Assembly (NCBI GenBank): GCA_964016885.1
Contig: OZ024742.1
Coordinates: forward strand, 360,592,001-360,656,000
DNA length: 64,000 nucleotides
Source: Eledone cirrhosa
Taxonomy: Eukaryota
Direction of reading: 5' to 3'
The position numbers and the translations under genes are program-made. This document shows, one piece after another, positions 1 through 14,270 of this stretch; position 1 is the stretch's first letter; each line of letters begins with the position of its first letter. Below the pieces are notes generated by a model. It made no database searches and had not been told where the DNA came from. It was given only the letters and a program-made list of their open reading frames with translations.

Positions 1-60
1 AAGAGATAGTTATATATAAAGAGGGGAGAAGAGATAGTTGTAGAGAGAGGGGGAAAGAAG

Positions 61-1923
61 AGATAGTTCTAGAGAAAGGGGGATGAAGAGATAGTTCTAG
101 TGAGAGGGAGGGAAGGGAGAGTTTGTTCTAGAGAGGGGGGAAGAAGAGTAGATCGAGAGAGGGGGAAGAAACTATAGTTCTACAGAGAGGGGGAAGATGA
201 GATAGGTCTAGAGAGGGGGGGAAGAAGAGACAGTTCTAGAGAGAGGGGGAAGAAGAGATAGTTCTAGAGACAGGGGGAGAAGAAGAGATAGTTCTAGAGA
301 GGGGGAATAAGAGATAGTTCTATAGAGGTGGTAATAAGAGATAGTTCTAGAGAGAGGGGTAAAAGTGATAGTTCTAGAGAGAGGGGGAAGTAGATATTGT
401 TCTAGAAAGGGGGGAAGAAGAGATAGTTCTTGAGAGAGGGGGAAGAAGAGATAGTTCTAGAGAGAGGGGGAAAAGAGATAGTTCTAGAGAGAGGGGGAAG
501 AAGAGATAGTTCTAGAGAGAGGGGGAGAAGAAGAGATAGTTCTAGAGAGGGGGAATAAGAGATAGTTCTATAGAGGTGGTAATAAGAGATAGTTCTAGAG
601 AGAGGGGTAAAAGTGATAGTTCTAGAGAGAGGGGGAAGTAGATATTGTTCTAGAAAGGGGGGAAGAAGAGATAGTTCTTGAGAGAGGGGGAACAAGAGAT
701 AGTTCTAGAGAGAGAGGGAAGTAGATATAGCTCCAGAGAGAGAGGGTAAAAGAGATAGTTCTAGAGAGAGGGGGAAGAAGAGATAGTTCTAGAGAGAGGG
801 GGAAAAGAGATAGTTCTAGAGAGAGGGGGAAGAAGAGATAGTTCTAGAGAGAGGGGGAGAAGAAGAGATAGTTCTAGAGAGGGGGAATAAGAGATAGTTC
901 TATAGAGGTGGTAAAAAGAGATAGTTCTAGAGAGAGAGAGGGGAAGTAGATAAAGTTCTGGAGAGAGTGTGAAGAAGAGATAGTTCTAGAGAGAGGGGGA
1001 AGAAGAGATAATTCTAGAGAGAGGGGGAAGAACAGATAGTTCTAGAGAGAGGGGGAAGAAGAGATAGTTCTAGAGAGAGGGGGGGGAAGAAGAGATAGTT
1101 CTAGAGAGAAAGGTAGGGAGAAGAGATAGTTATATATAAAGGGGGGAGAAGAGATAGTTCTAGAGAGAGGGGGAAAAAAGAGATAGTTCTAGAGAAAGGG
1201 GGATGAAGAGATAGTTCTAGTGAGAGGGAGGGAAGGGAGAGTTTGTTCTAGAGAGGGGGGAAGAAGAGTAGATCGAGAGAGGGGGAAGAAACTATAGTTC
1301 TACAGAGAGGGGGAAGATGAGATAGGTCTAGAGAGGGGGGGAAGAAGAGACAGTTCTAGAGAGAGGGGGAAGAAGAGATAGTTCTAGAGACAGGGGGAGA
1401 AGAAGAGATAGTTCTAGAGAGGGGGAATAAGAGATAGTTCTATAGAGGTGGTAATAAGAGATAGTTCTAGAGAGAGGGGTAAAAGTGATAGTTCTAGAGA
1501 GAGGGGGAAGTAGATATTGTTCTAGAAAGGGGGGAAGAAGAGATAGTTCTTGAGAGAGGGGGAAGAAGAGATAGTTCTAGAGAGAGGGGGAAAAGAGATA
1601 GTTCTAGAGAGAGGGGGAAGAAGAGATAGTTCTAGAGAGAGGGGGAGAAGAAGAGATAGTTCTAGAGAGGGGGAATAAGAGATAGTTCTATAGAGGTGGT
1701 AATAAGAGATAGTTCTAGAGAGAGGGGTAAAAGTGATAGTTCTAGAGAGAGGGGGAAGTAGATATTGTTCTAGAAAGGGGGGAAGAAGAGATAGTTCTTG
1801 AGAGAGGGGGAACAAGAGATAGTTCTAGAGAGAGAGGGAAGTAGATATAGCTCCAGAGAGAGAGGGTAAAAGAGATAGTTCTAGAGAGAGGGGGAAGAAG
1901 AGATAGTTCTAGAGAGAGGGGGA
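61..1923 (+). repeat. Near-identical higher-order duplication, offset 1120 bp (61-803 vs 1181-1923)
   Basis: Rare variant GTAGATCGAGAG has its GATCG at 151 and 1271. ORF-track translations 402..695 and 1522..1815 are identical and 1120 apart. The private variant GATATTGTTC is at 393/641 and 1513/1761. Confidence 0.92.
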
Positions 1924-3899
1924 GAAGAAGAGATAGTTCTAGAGAGGGGGAATAAGAGATAGTTCTATAGAGGTGGTAATAAGAGATAGTTCTAGAGAGA
2001 GGGGGAAGTAGATATTGTTCTAGAAAGGGGGGAAGAAGAGATAGTTCTTGAGAGAGGGGGAACAAGAGATAGTTCTAGAGAGAGAGGGAAGTAGATATAG
2101 TTCCAGAGAGAGAGGGGGAAAAGAAATAGTTCTAGAGAGAGGGGGGAAGAAGAGATAGTTCTAGAGAGAGGAGCAAGAAGAGATAGTTCTAGAGAGAGGG
2201 GTGAAGAAGAGATAGTTCTAGAGAGAGGGGGGAAGAAGTGATAGTTCTAGAGAGGGGGGTAGAAGAGATAGTTCTAGAGAGAGGGGGAAGAAGAGATAGT
2301 TCTAGAGAGAGTGGGGAAGAAGAGATAGTTCTATTGAGTGAGGGAAGAAGAGAGTGTTCTAGAGAAAGAGGGAAGAGATAGTTCTAGAGAGAGGGGGAAG
2401 AAGAGATAGTTCTAGAGAGCGGGGGAAGAAGAGATAATTCTAGAGAGAGGGGGAAGAAGAGATAGTTCTAGTGAGAGGGGGAAAAGAGTTAGTTCTAGAG
2501 AGAGGGGGAAGAAGAGATAGTTCTAGAGAGAGGGGGAAGAAGTGATAGTTCTAGAGAGAGGGGGAAGAAGACATAGTTCTAGAGAGAGGGGGAAGAAGAG
2601 ATAGTTCTAGAGAGAGAGGGAGAAGAGATAGTTCTAGAGAGAGGGGAATAAGAGATAGTTCTATAGAGGGGGGTAAGAAGAGATAGTTCTAGCGAGAGGG
2701 GTAAAAGAGATAGTTGTAGAGAGAGGGGGGAAGTAGATAAAGTTCTAGAGAGAGGGGGAAGAAGAGATAGTTCTAGAGAGAGGGGGAAGAAGAGATAATT
2801 CTAGAGAGAGGGGGAAGAAGAGATAGTTCTAGAGAGAGGGGGAAGAAGAGATAGTTCTAGAGAGAGGGGGGAAGAAGAGATAGTTCTAGAGAGAGGGGGG
2901 AGGAAGTGATAGTTCTAGAGAGGGGTGTAGAAGAGATAGTTCTAGAGAGAGGGGGAAGAAGAGATAGTTCTAGAGAGAGTGCGGAAGAAGAGATAGTTCT
3001 ATTGAGTGAGGGAAGAAGAGAGTGTTCTAGAGAAAGAGGGAAGAGATAGTTCTTGAGAGAGGGGGAAGAAGAGATAGTTCTAGAGAGCGGGGGAAGAAGA
3101 GATAATTCTATAGAGAGGGGGAAGAAGAGATAGTTCGAGAGAGAGAGGTAAAAGAGATAGTTCTAGAGAGAGGGGGAAGTAGATATAGTTCTAGGGAGAG
3201 GGGGAAGAAGAGATAATTCTAGAGAGAGGGGGGAAGTAGATATAGTTCCATATAGAGAGGGGAAAAGAAATAGTTCTAGAGAGAGGGGGAAGAAGAGATA
3301 GTTCTAGAGAGAGGGGGAAGAAGAGATAGTTCTAGAGAGAGGGGGAAAAGAGATAGTTCTAGAGAGAGGGGGAAGAAGAGATAGTTCTAGAGAGAGGGGG
3401 AGAAGAAGAGATAGTTCTAGAGAGAAAGGTAGGGAGAAGAGATAGTTATATATAAAGGGGGGAGAAGAGATAGTTCTAGAGAGAGGGGGGAAGTAGATAT
3501 AGTTCCATATAGAGAGGGGAAAAGAAATAGTTCTAGAGAGAGGGGGAATAAGAGATAGTTCTATAGAGGTGGTAAGAAGAGATAGTTCTAGAGAGAGGGG
3601 TAAAAGTGATAGTTCTAGAGAGAGGGGGAAGTAGATATAGTTCTAGAAAGGGGGGAAGAAGAGATAGTTCTTGAGAGAGGGGGAACAAGAGATAGTTCTA
3701 GAGAGAGAGGGAAGTAGATATAGTTCCAGAGAGAGAGGGGGAAGAAGAGATAGTTCTAGAGAGAAAGGTAGGGAGAAGAGATAGTTATATATAAAGGGGG
3801 GAGAAGAGATAGTTCTAGAGAGAGGGGGAAAGAAGAGATAGTTCTAGAGAAAGGGGGATGAAGAGATAGTTCTAGTGAGAGGGAGGGAAGGGAGAGTTT

Positions 3900-6800
3900 G
3901 TTCTAGAGAGGGGGGAAGAAGAGTAGATCGAGAGAGGGGGAAGAAACTATAGTTCTACAGAGAGGGGGAAGATGAGATAGGTCTAGAGAGGGGGGAAGAA
4001 GAGACAGTTCTAGAGAGAGGGGGAAGAAGAGATAGTTCTAGAGACAGGGGGAAGAAGCGATATTTCTAGCGAGAGGGGGGAGAAGAGATAGTTCTATAGA
4101 GAGGGGAGTGAGAGATAATTCTAGAGAGAGGGGGAAGAACAGATAGTTCTATAGAGATGGGGAAGAAGAGATAGTTCTAGAGAGAGGGGAAAGAAGAGAT
4201 AGTTGTAGAGAAAGGGGGAAGAAGAGATAGTTCTAGAGAGAGGGGTAAAAGAGATAGTTCTAGAGAGAGGGGGGAAGTAGATATAGTTCTAGAGAGAGAG
4301 GGAAGTAGAGATAATTCTAGAGAGAGGGGGTAAGTAGATATAGTTCCAGATAGAGAGGGGGAAAAGAAATAGTTCTAGAGAGAGGGGGGAAGAAGAGATA
4401 GTTCTAGAGAGAGGGGGATGTAGATATAGCTCCAGAGAGAGAGGGTAAAAGAGATAGTTCTAGAGAGAGGGGGAAGAAGAGATAGTTCTAGAGAGAGGGG
4501 GAAAAGAGATAGTTCTAGAGAGAGGGGGAAGAAGAGATAGTTCTAGAGAGAGGGGGAGAAGAAGAGATAGTTCTAGAGAGGGGGAATAAGACATAGTTCT
4601 ATAGAGGTGGTAAGAATAGATAGTTCTAGAGAGAGGGGTAAAAGTGATAGTTCTAGAGAGAGGCAGAAGTAGATATAGTTCTAGAAAGGGGGGAAGAAGA
4701 GATAGTTCTTGAGAGAGGGGGAACAAGAGATAGTTCTAGAGAGAGAGGGAAGTAGATATAGTTCCAGAGAGAGAGGGGGAAAAGAAATAGTTCTAGAGAG
4801 AGGGGGGAAGAAGAGATAGTTCTAGAGAGAGGGGGAAGAAGAGATAGTTCTAGAGAGAGGGGTGAAGAAGAGATAGTTCTAGAGAGAGGGGGGAAGAAGT
4901 GATAGTTCTAGAGAGGGGGGTAGAAGAGATAGTTCTAGAGAGAGGGGAAAGAAGTGATAGTTCTAGAGAGAGTGGGGAAGAAGAGATAGTTCTATTGAGT
5001 GAGGGAAGAAGAGAGTGTTCTAGAGAAAGAGGGAAGAGATAGTTCTAGAGAGCGGGGGAAGAAGAGATAATTCTAGAGAGTGGGGAAGAAGAGATAGTTC
5101 TAGAGAGAGGGGGAAAAGAGTTAGTTCTAGAGAGAGGGGGAAGAAGAGATAGTTCTAGAGAGAGTGGGAAGAAGAGATAGTTCTAGAGAGAGGGGGAAGA
5201 AGAGATAGTTCTAGAGAGAGGGGGAAGAAGAGATAGTTCTAGAGAGAGGGGGAGAAGAGATAGTTCTAGAGAGAGGGGGAGAAGAAGAGATAGTTCTAGA
5301 GAGAGGGGAATAAGAGATAGTTCTATAGAGGGGGGTAAGAAGAGATAGTTCTAGCGAGAGGGGTAAAAGAGATAGTTCTAGAGAGAGGGGGGAAGTAGAT
5401 AAAGTTCTAGAGAGAGGGGGAAGAAGAGATAGTTCTAGAGAGAGGGGGAAGAAGAGATAGTTCTAGAGAGAGGGGGAAGAAGAGATAGTTCTAGAGAGCG
5501 GGGGAAGAAGAGATAATTCTATAGAGAGGGGGAAGAAGAGATAGTTCTAGAGAGAGGGGGAAAAGAGTTAGTTCTAGAGAGAGGGGGAAGAAGAGATAGT
5601 TCTAGAGAGAGGGGGAAGAAGAGATAGTTCTAGAGAGAGGGGGAAGAAAAGATAGTTCTAGAGAGAGGGGGAAGAAGAGATAGTTCTAGAGAGAGGGGGG
5701 AGAATAGATAGTTCTAGAGAGAGGGGGAGAAGAAGAGATAGTTCTAGAGAGAGGGGAATAAGAGATAGTTCTATAGAGGGGGGTAAGAAGAGATAGTTCT
5801 AGCGAGAGGGGTAAAAGAGATAGTTCTAGAGAGAGAGGGGAAGTAGATAAAGTTCTGGAGAGAGTGTGAAGAAGAGATAGTTCTAGAGAGAGGGGGAAGA
5901 AGAGATAATTCTAGAGAGAGGGGGAAGAAGAGATAGTTCTAGAGAGAGGGGGGGAAGAAGAGATAGTTCTAGAGAGAAAGGTAGGGAGAAGAGATAGTTA
6001 TATAAAAAGGGGGGAGAAGAGATAGTTCTAAAGAGAGGGGGAAAGAAGAGATAGTTCTAGAGAAAGGGGGATGAAGAGATAGTTCTAGTGAGAGGGAGGG
6101 AAGGGAGAGTTTGTTCTAGAGAGGGGGGAAGAAGAGTAGATCGAGAGAGGGGGAAGAAACTATAGTTCTAGAGAGAGAGGGGGAAGATGAGATAGGTCTA
6201 GAGAGGGGGGGAAGAAGAGACAGTTCTAGAGAGAGGGGGAAGAAGAGATAGTTCTAGAGACAGGGGGAAGAAGCGATATTTCTAGCGAGAGGGGGGAGAA
6301 GAGATAGTTCTATAGAGAGGGGAGTGAGAGATAATTCTAGAGAGAGGGGGAAGAACAGATAGTTCTATAGAGAGGGGGAAGAAGAGATAGTTCTAGAGAG
6401 AGGGGAAAGAAGAGATAGTTGTAGAGAAAGAGGGAAGAAGAGATAGTTCTAGAGAGAGGGGTAAAAGAGATAGTTCTAGAGTGAGGGGGGAAGTAGATAT
6501 AGTTCTAGAGAGAGGGGGAAGTAGAGATAATTCTAGAGAGAGGGGGTAAGTAGATATAGTTCCAGATAGAGAGGGGGAAAAGAAATAGTTCTAGAGAGAG
6601 GGGGGAAGAAGAGATAGTTCTAGAGAGAGGGGGATGTAGATATAGCTCCAGAGAGAGAGGGTAAAAGAGATAGTTCTAGAGAGAGGGGGAAGAAGAGATA
6701 GTTCTAGAGAGAGGGGGAAAAGAGATAGTTCTAGAGAGAGGGGGAAGAAGAGATAGTTCTAGAGAGAGGGGGAGAAGAAGAGATAGTTCTAGAGAGGGGG

Positions 6801-8900
6801 AATAAGAGATAGTTCTATAGAGGTGGTAAGAAGAGATAGTTCTAGAGAGAGGGGTAAAAGTGATAGTTCTAGAGAGAGGGGGAAGTAGATATAGTTCTAG
6901 AAAGGGGGGAAGAAGAGATAGTTCTTGAGAGAGGGGGAACAAGAGATAGTTCTAGAGAGAGAGGGAAGTAGATATAGTTCCAGAGAGAGAGGGGGAAAAG
7001 AAATAGTTCTAGAGAGAGGGGGGAAGAAGAGATAGTTCTAGAGAGAGGGGGAAGAAGAGATAGTTCTAGAGAGAGGGGTGAAGAAGAGATAGTTCTAGAG
7101 AGAGGGGGGAAGAAGTGATAGTTCTAGAGAGGGGGGTAGAAGAGATAGTTCTAGAGAGAGGGGAAAGAAGTGATAGTTCTAGAGAGAGTGGGGAAGAAGA
7201 GATAGTTCTATTGAGTGAGGGAAGAAGAGAGTGTTCTAGAGAAAGAGGGAAGAGATAGTTCTAGAGAGCGGGGGAAGAAGAGATAATTCTAGAGAGTGGG
7301 GAAGAAGAGATAGTTCTAGAGAGAGGGGGAAAAGAGTTAGTTCTAGAGAGAGGGGGAAGAAGAGATAGTTCTAGAGAGAGTGGGAAGAAGAGATAGTTCT
7401 AGAGAGAGGGGGAAGAAGAGATAGTTCTAGAGAGAGGGGGAAGAAGAGATAGTTCTAGAGAGAGGGGGAGAAGAGATAGTTCTAGAGAGAGGGGGAGAAG
7501 AAGAGATAGTTCTAGAGAGAGGGGAATAAGAGATAGTTCTATAGAGGGGGGTAAGAAGAGATAGTTCTAGCGAGAGGGGTAAAAGAGATAGTTCTAGAGA
7601 GAGGGGGGAAGTAGATAAAGTTCTAGAGAGAGGGGGAAGAAGAGATAGTTCTAGAGAGAGGGGGAAGAAGAGATAGTTCTAGAGAGAGGGGGAAGAAGAG
7701 ATAGTTCTAGAGAGCGGGGGAAGAAGAGATAATTCTATAGAGAGGGGGAAGAAGAGATAGTTCTAGAGAGAGGGGGAAAAGAGTTAGTTCTAGAGAGAGG
7801 GGGAAGAAGAGATAGTTCTAGAGAGAGGGGGAAGAAGAGATAGTTCTAGAGAGAGGGGGAAGAAAAGATAGTTCTAGAGAGAGGGGGAAGAAGAGATAGT
7901 TCTAGAGAGAGGGGGGAGAATAGATAGTTCTAGAGAGAGGGGGAGAAGAAGAGATAGTTCTAGAGAGAGGGGAATAAGAGATAGTTCTATAGAGGGGGGT
8001 AAGAAGAGATAGTTCTAGCGAGAGGGGTAAAAGAGATAGTTCTAGAGAGAGAGGGGAAGTAGATAAAGTTCTGGAGAGAGTGTGAAGAAGAGATAGTTCT
8101 AGAGAGAGGGGGAAGAAGAGATAATTCTAGAGAGAGGGGGAAGAAGAGATAGTTCTAGAGAGAGGGGGAAGAAGAGATAGTTCTAGAGAGAGGGGGGGAA
8201 GAAGAGATAGTTCTAGAGAGAAAGGTAGGGAGAAGAGATAGTTATATATAAAGGGGGGAGAAGAGATAGTTCTAAAGAGAGGGGGAAAGAAGAGATAGTT
8301 CTAGAGAAAGGGGGATGAAGAGATAGTTCTAGTGAGAGGGAGGGAAGGGAGAGTTTGTTCTAGAGAGGGGGGAAGAAGAGTAGATCGAGAGAGGGGGAAG
8401 AAACTATAGTTCTACAGAGAGGGGGAAGATGAGATAGGTCTAGAGAGGGGGGGAAGAAGAGACAGTTCTAGAGAGAGGGGGAAGAAGAGATAGTTCTAGA
8501 GACAGGGGGAAGAAGCGATATTTCTAGCGAGAGGGGGGAGAAGAGATAGTTCTATAGAGAGGGGAGTGAGAGATAATTCTAGAGAGAGGGGGAAGAACAG
8601 ATAGTTCTATAGAGAGGGGGAAGAAGAGATAGTTCTAGAGAGAGGGGAAAGAAGAGATAGTTGTAGAGAAAGAGGGAAGAAGAGATAGTTCTAGAGAGAG
8701 GGGTAAAAGAGATAGTTCTAGAGTGAGGGGGGAAGTAGATATAGTTCTAGAGAGAGGGGGAAGTAGAGATAATTCTAGAGAGAGGGGGTAAGTAGATATA
8801 GTTCCAGATAGAGAGGGGGAAAAGAAATAGTTCTAGAGAGAGGGGGGAAGAAGAGATAGTTCTAGAGAGAGGGGGATGTAGATATAGCTCCAGAGAGAGA
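3900..8900 (+). repeat. Tandem higher-order repeat of about 2.2 kb (just over 2 copies); boundaries approximate
   Basis: GATCG marker at 3926, 6139, 8383 (spacing 2213, 2244). ORFs 4460..4726 and 6676..6942 are nearly identical and 2216 apart. Confidence 0.85.
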
Positions 8901-11900
8901 GGGTAAAAGAGATAGTTCTAGAGAGAGGGGGAAGAAGAGATAGTTCTAGAGAGAGGGGAATAAGAGATAGTTCTATAGAGGGGGGTAAGAAGAGATAGTT
9001 CTAACGAGAGGGGTAAAAGATATAGTTCTAGAGAGAGAGGGGAAGTAGATAAAGTTCTGGAGAGAGTGTGAAGAAGAGATAGTTCTAGAGAGAGGGGGAA
9101 GAAGAGATAATTCTAGAGAGAGGGGGAAGAAGAGATAGTTCTAGAGAGAGGGGGAAGAAGAGATAGTTCTAGAGAGAGGGGGGGAAGAAGAGATAGTTCT
9201 AGAGAGAAAGGTAGGGAGAAGAGATAGTTATATATAAAGGGGGGAGAAGAGATAGTTCTAGAGAGAGGGGGAAAGAAGAGATAGTTCTAGAGAAAGGGGG
9301 ATGAAGAGATAGTTCTAGTGAGAGGGAGGGAAGGGAGAGTTTGTTCTAGAGAGGGGGGAAGAAGAGTAGATCGAGAGAGGGGGAAGAAACTATAGTTCTA
9401 CAGAGAGGGGGAAGATGAGATAGGTCTAGAGAGGGAGGGAAGAAGAGACAGTTCTAGAGAGAGGGGGAAGAAGAGATAGTTCTAGAGACAGGGGGAAGAA
9501 GCGATATTTCTAGCGAGAGGGGGGAGAAGAGATAGTTCTATAGAGAGGGGAGTGAGAGATAATTCTAGAGAGAGGGGGAAGAACAGATAGTTCTATAGAG
9601 AGGGGGAAGAAGAGATAGTTCTAGAGAGAGGGGAAAGAAGAGATAGTTGTAGAGAAAGAGGGAAGAAGAGATAGTTCTAGAGAGAGGGGTAAAAGAGGTA
9701 ATTCTAGAGTGAGGGGGGAAGTAGATATAGTTCTAGAGAGAGGGGGAAGTAGAGATAATTCTAGAGAGAGGGGGTAAGTAGATATAGTTCCAGATAGAGA
9801 GGGGGAAAAGAAATAGTTCTAGAGAGAGGGGGGAAGAAGAGATAGTTCTAGAGAGAGGGGGATGTAGATATAGCTCCAGAGAGAGAGGGTAAAAGAGATA
9901 GTTCTAGAGAGAGGGGGAAGAAGAGATAGTTCTAGAGAGAGGGGGAAAAGAGATAGTTCTAGAGAGAGGGGGAAGTAGATATAGTTCTAGAAAGGGGGGA
10001 AGAAGAGATAGTTCTTGAGAGAGGGGGAACAAGAGATAGTTCTAGAGAGAGAGGGAAGTAGATATAGTTCCAGAGAGAGAGGGGGAAAAGAAATAGTTCT
10101 AGAGAGAGGGGGGAAGAAGAGATAGTTCTAGAGAGAGGGGGAAGAAGAGATAGTTCTAGAGAGAGGGGTGAAGAAGAGATAGTTCTAGAGAGACGGGGGA
10201 AGAAGTGATAGTTCTAGAGAGGGGGGTAGAAGAGATAGTTCTAGAGAGAGGGGAAAGAAGAGATAGTTCTAGAGAGAGTGGGGAAGAAGAGATAGTTCTA
10301 TTGAGTGAGGGAAGAAGAGAGTGTTCTAGAGAAAGAGGGAAGAGATAGTTCTAGAGAGCGGGGGGAAGTCGATAAAGTTCTAGAGAGAGGGGGAAGAAGA
10401 GATAGTTCTAGAGAGAGGGGGAAGAAGAGATAGTTCTAGAGAGAGGGGGCAGAAGAGATAGTTCTAGAGAGCGGGGGAAGAAGAGATAATTCTATAGAGA
10501 GGGGGAAGAAGAGATAGTTCTAGAGAGAGGGGGAAAAGAGTTAGTTCTAGAGAGAGGGGGAAGAAGAGATAGTTCTAGAGAGAGGGGGAAGAAGAGTTAG
10601 TTCTAGAGAGAGGGGGAAGAAAAGATAGTTCTAGAGAGAGGGGGAAGAAGAGATAGTTCTAGAGAGAGGGGGGAGAATAGATAGTTCTAAAGAGAGGGGG
10701 AGAAGAAGAGATAGTTCTAGAGAGAGGGGAATAAGAGATAGTTCTATAGAGGGGGGTAAGAAGAGATAGTTCTAGCGAGAGGGGTAAAAGAGATAGTTCT
10801 AGAGAGAGGGGGAAGAAGAGATAGTTCTAGAGAGAGGGGGAAGAAGAGATAATTCTAGAGAGAGGGGGAAGAAGAGATAGTTCTAGAGAGAGGGGGAAGA
10901 AGAGATAGTTCTAGAGAGAGGGGGGGGGGAAGAAGAGATAGTTCTAGAGAGAGGGGGAAAGAAGAGATAGTTCTAGAGAAAGGGGGATGAAGAGATAGTT
11001 CTAGTGAGAGGGAGGGAAGGGAGAGTTTGTTCTAGAGAGGGGGGAAGAAGAGTAGATCGAGAGAGGGGGAAGAAACTATAGTTCTACAGAGAGGGGGAAG
11101 ATGAGATAGGTCTAGAGAGGGGGGAAGAAGAGACAGTTCTAGAGAGAGGGGGAAGAAGAGATAGTTCTAGAGACAGGGGGAAGAAGCGATATTTCTAGCG
11201 AGAGGGGGGAGAAGAGATAGTTCTATAGAGAGGGGAGTGAGAGATAATTCTAGAGAGAGGGGGAAGAACAGATAGTTCTATAGAGAGGGGGAAGAAGAGA
11301 TAGTTCTAGAGAGAGGGGAAAGAAGAGATAGTTGTAGAGAAAGAGGGAAGAAGAGATAGTTCTAGAGAGAGGGGTAAAAGAGATAGTTCTAGAGAGAGGG
11401 GGGAAGTAGATATAGTTCTAGAGAGAGGGGGAAGTAGAGATAATTCTAGAGAGAGGGGGTAAGTAGATATAGTTCCAGATAGAGAGGGGGAAAAGAAATA
11501 GTTCTAGAGAGAGGGGGGAAGAAGAGATAGTTCTAGAGAGAGGGGGAAGAAGAGATAGTTCTAGAGAGAGGGGGATGTAGATATAGCTCCAGAGAGAGAG
11601 GGTAAAAGAGATAGTTCTAGAGAGAGGGGGAAGAAGAGATAGTTCTAGAGAGAGGGGAATAAGAGATAGTTCTATAGAGGGGGGTAAGAAGAGATAGTTC
11701 TAACGAGAGGGGTAAAAGATATAGTTCTAGAGAGAGAGGGGAAGTAGATAAAGTTCTGGAGAGAGTGTGAAGAAGAGATAGTTCTAGAGAGAGGGGGAAG
11801 AAGAGATAATTCTAGAGAGAGGGGGAAGAAGAGATAGTTCTAGAGAGAGGGGGAAGAAGAGATAGTTCTAGAGAGAGGGGGGGAAGAAGAGATAGTTCTA

Positions 11901-14270
11901 GAGAGAAAGGTAGGGAGAAGAGATAGTTATATATAAAGGGGGGAGAAGAGATAGTTCTAGAGAGAGGGGGAAAGAAGAGATAGTTCTAGAGAAAGGGGGA
12001 TGAAGAGATAGTTCTAGTGAGAGGGAGGGAAGGGAGAGTTTGTTCTAGAGAGGGGGGAAGAAGAGTAGATCGAGAGAGGGGGAAGAAACTATAGTTCTAC
12101 AGAGAGGGGGAAGATGAGATAGGTCTAGAGAGGGAGGGAAGAAGAGACAGTTCTAGAGAGAGGGGGAAGAAGAGATAGTTCTAGAGACAGGGGGAAGAAG
12201 CGATATTTCTAGCGAGAGGGGGGAGAAGAGATAGTTCTATAGAGAGGGGAGTGAGAGATAATTCTAGAGAGAGGGGGAAGAACAGATAGTTCTATAGAGA
12301 GGGGGAAGAAGAGATAGTTCTAGAGAGAGGGGAAAGAAGAGATAGTTGTAGAGAAAGAGGGAAGAAGAGATAGTTCTAGAGAGAGGGGTAAAAGAGGTAA
12401 TTCTAGAGTGAGGGGGGAAGTAGATATAGTTCTAGAGAGAGGGGGAAGTAGAGATAATTCTAGAGAGAGGGGGTAAGTAGATATAGTTCCAGATAGAGAG
12501 GGGGAAAAGAAATAGTTCTAGAGAGAGGGGGGAAGAAGAGATAGTTCTAGAGAGAGGGGGATGTAGATATAGCTCCAGAGAGAGAGGGTAAAAGAGATAG
12601 TTCTAGAGAGAGGGGGAAGAAGAGATAGTTCTAGAGAGAGGGGGAAAAGAGATAGTTCTAGAGAGAGGGGGAAGTAGATATAGTTCTAGAAAGGGGGGAA
12701 GAAGAGATAGTTCTTGAGAGAGGGGGAACAAGAGATAGTTCTAGAGAGAGAGGGAAGTAGATATAGTTCCAGAGAGAGAGGGGGAAAAGAAATAGTTCTA
12801 GAGAGAGGGGGGAAGAAGAGATAGTTCTAGAGAGAGGGGGAAGAAGAGATAGTTCTAGAGAGAGGGGTGAAGAAGAGATAGTTCTAGAGAGACGGGGGAA
12901 GAAGTGATAGTTCTAGAGAGGGGGGTAGAAGAGATAGTTCTAGAGAGAGGGGAAAGAAGAGATAGTTCTAGAGAGAGTGGGGAAGAAGAGATAGTTCTAT
13001 TGAGTGAGGGAAGAAGAGAGTGTTCTAGAGAAAGAGGGAAGAGATAGTTCTAGAGAGCGGGGGGAAGTCGATAAAGTTCTAGAGAGAGGGGGAAGAAGAG
13101 ATAGTTCTAGAGAGAGGGGGAAGAAGAGATAGTTCTAGAGAGAGGGGGCAGAAGAGATAGTTCTAGAGAGCGGGGGAAGAAGAGATAATTCTATAGAGAG
13201 GGGGAAGAAGAGATAGTTCTAGAGAGAGGGGGAAAAGAGTTAGTTCTAGAGAGAGGGGGAAGAAGAGATAGTTCTAGAGAGAGGGGGAAGAAAAGATAGT
13301 TCTAGAGAGAGGGGGAAGAAGAGATAGTTCTAGAGAGAGGGGGGAGAATAGATAGTTCTAAAGAGAGGGGGAGAAGAAGAGATAGTTCTAGAGAGAGGGG
13401 AATAAGAGATAGTTCTATAGAGGGGGGTAAGAAGAGATAGTTCTAGCGAGAGGGGTAAAAGAGATAGTTCTAGAGAGAGGGGGAAGAAGAGATAGTTCTA
13501 GAGAGAGGGGGAAGAAGAGATAATTCTAGAGAGAGGGGGAAGAAGAGATAGTTCTAGAGAGAGGGGGAAGAAGAGATAGTTCTAGAGAGAGGGGGGGGAA
13601 GAAGAGATAGTTCTAGAGAGAGGGGGAAAGAAGAGATAGTTCTAGAGAAAGGGGGATGAAGAGATAGTTCTAGTGAGAGGGAGGGAAGGGAGAGTTTGTT
13701 CTAGAGAGGGGGGAAGAAGAGTAGATCGAGAGAGGGGGAAGAAACTATAGTTCTACAGAGAGGGGGAAGATGAGATAGGTCTAGAGAGGGGGGAAGAAGA
13801 GACAGTTCTAGAGAGAGGGGGAAGAAGAGATAGTTCTAGAGACAGGGGGAAGAAGCGATATTTCTAGCGAGAGGGGGAGAAGAGATAGTTCTATAGAGAG
13901 GGGAGTGAGAGATAATTCTAGAGAGAGGGGGAAGAACAGATAGTTCTATAGAGAGGGGGAAGAAGAGATAGTTCTAGAGAGAGGGGAAAGAAGAGATAGT
14001 TGTAGAGAAAGAGGGAAGAAGAGATAGTTCTAGAGAGAGGGGTAAAAGAGATAGTTCTAGAGAGAGGGGGGAAGTAGATATAGTTCTAGAGAGAGGGGGA
14101 AGTAGAGATAATTCTAGAGAGAGGGGGTAAGTAGATATAGTTCCAGATAGAGAGGGGGAAAAGAAATAGTTCTAGAGAGAGGGGGGAAGAAGAGATAGTT
14201 CTAGAGAGAGGGGGAAGAAGAGATAGTTCTAGAGAGAGGGGGATGTAGATATAGCTCCAGAGAGAGAGGG
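8900..14270 (+). repeat. Tandem higher-order duplication of about 2.7 kb (2 copies); boundaries approximate
   Basis: Private variants CTAACGAGAGGGGTAAAAGATATAG (9001, 11700), GAGACGGGGGAAGAAGTG (~10190, ~12889) and AAGTCGATAAAG (~10366, ~13065) are each 2699 apart. Confidence 0.88.
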
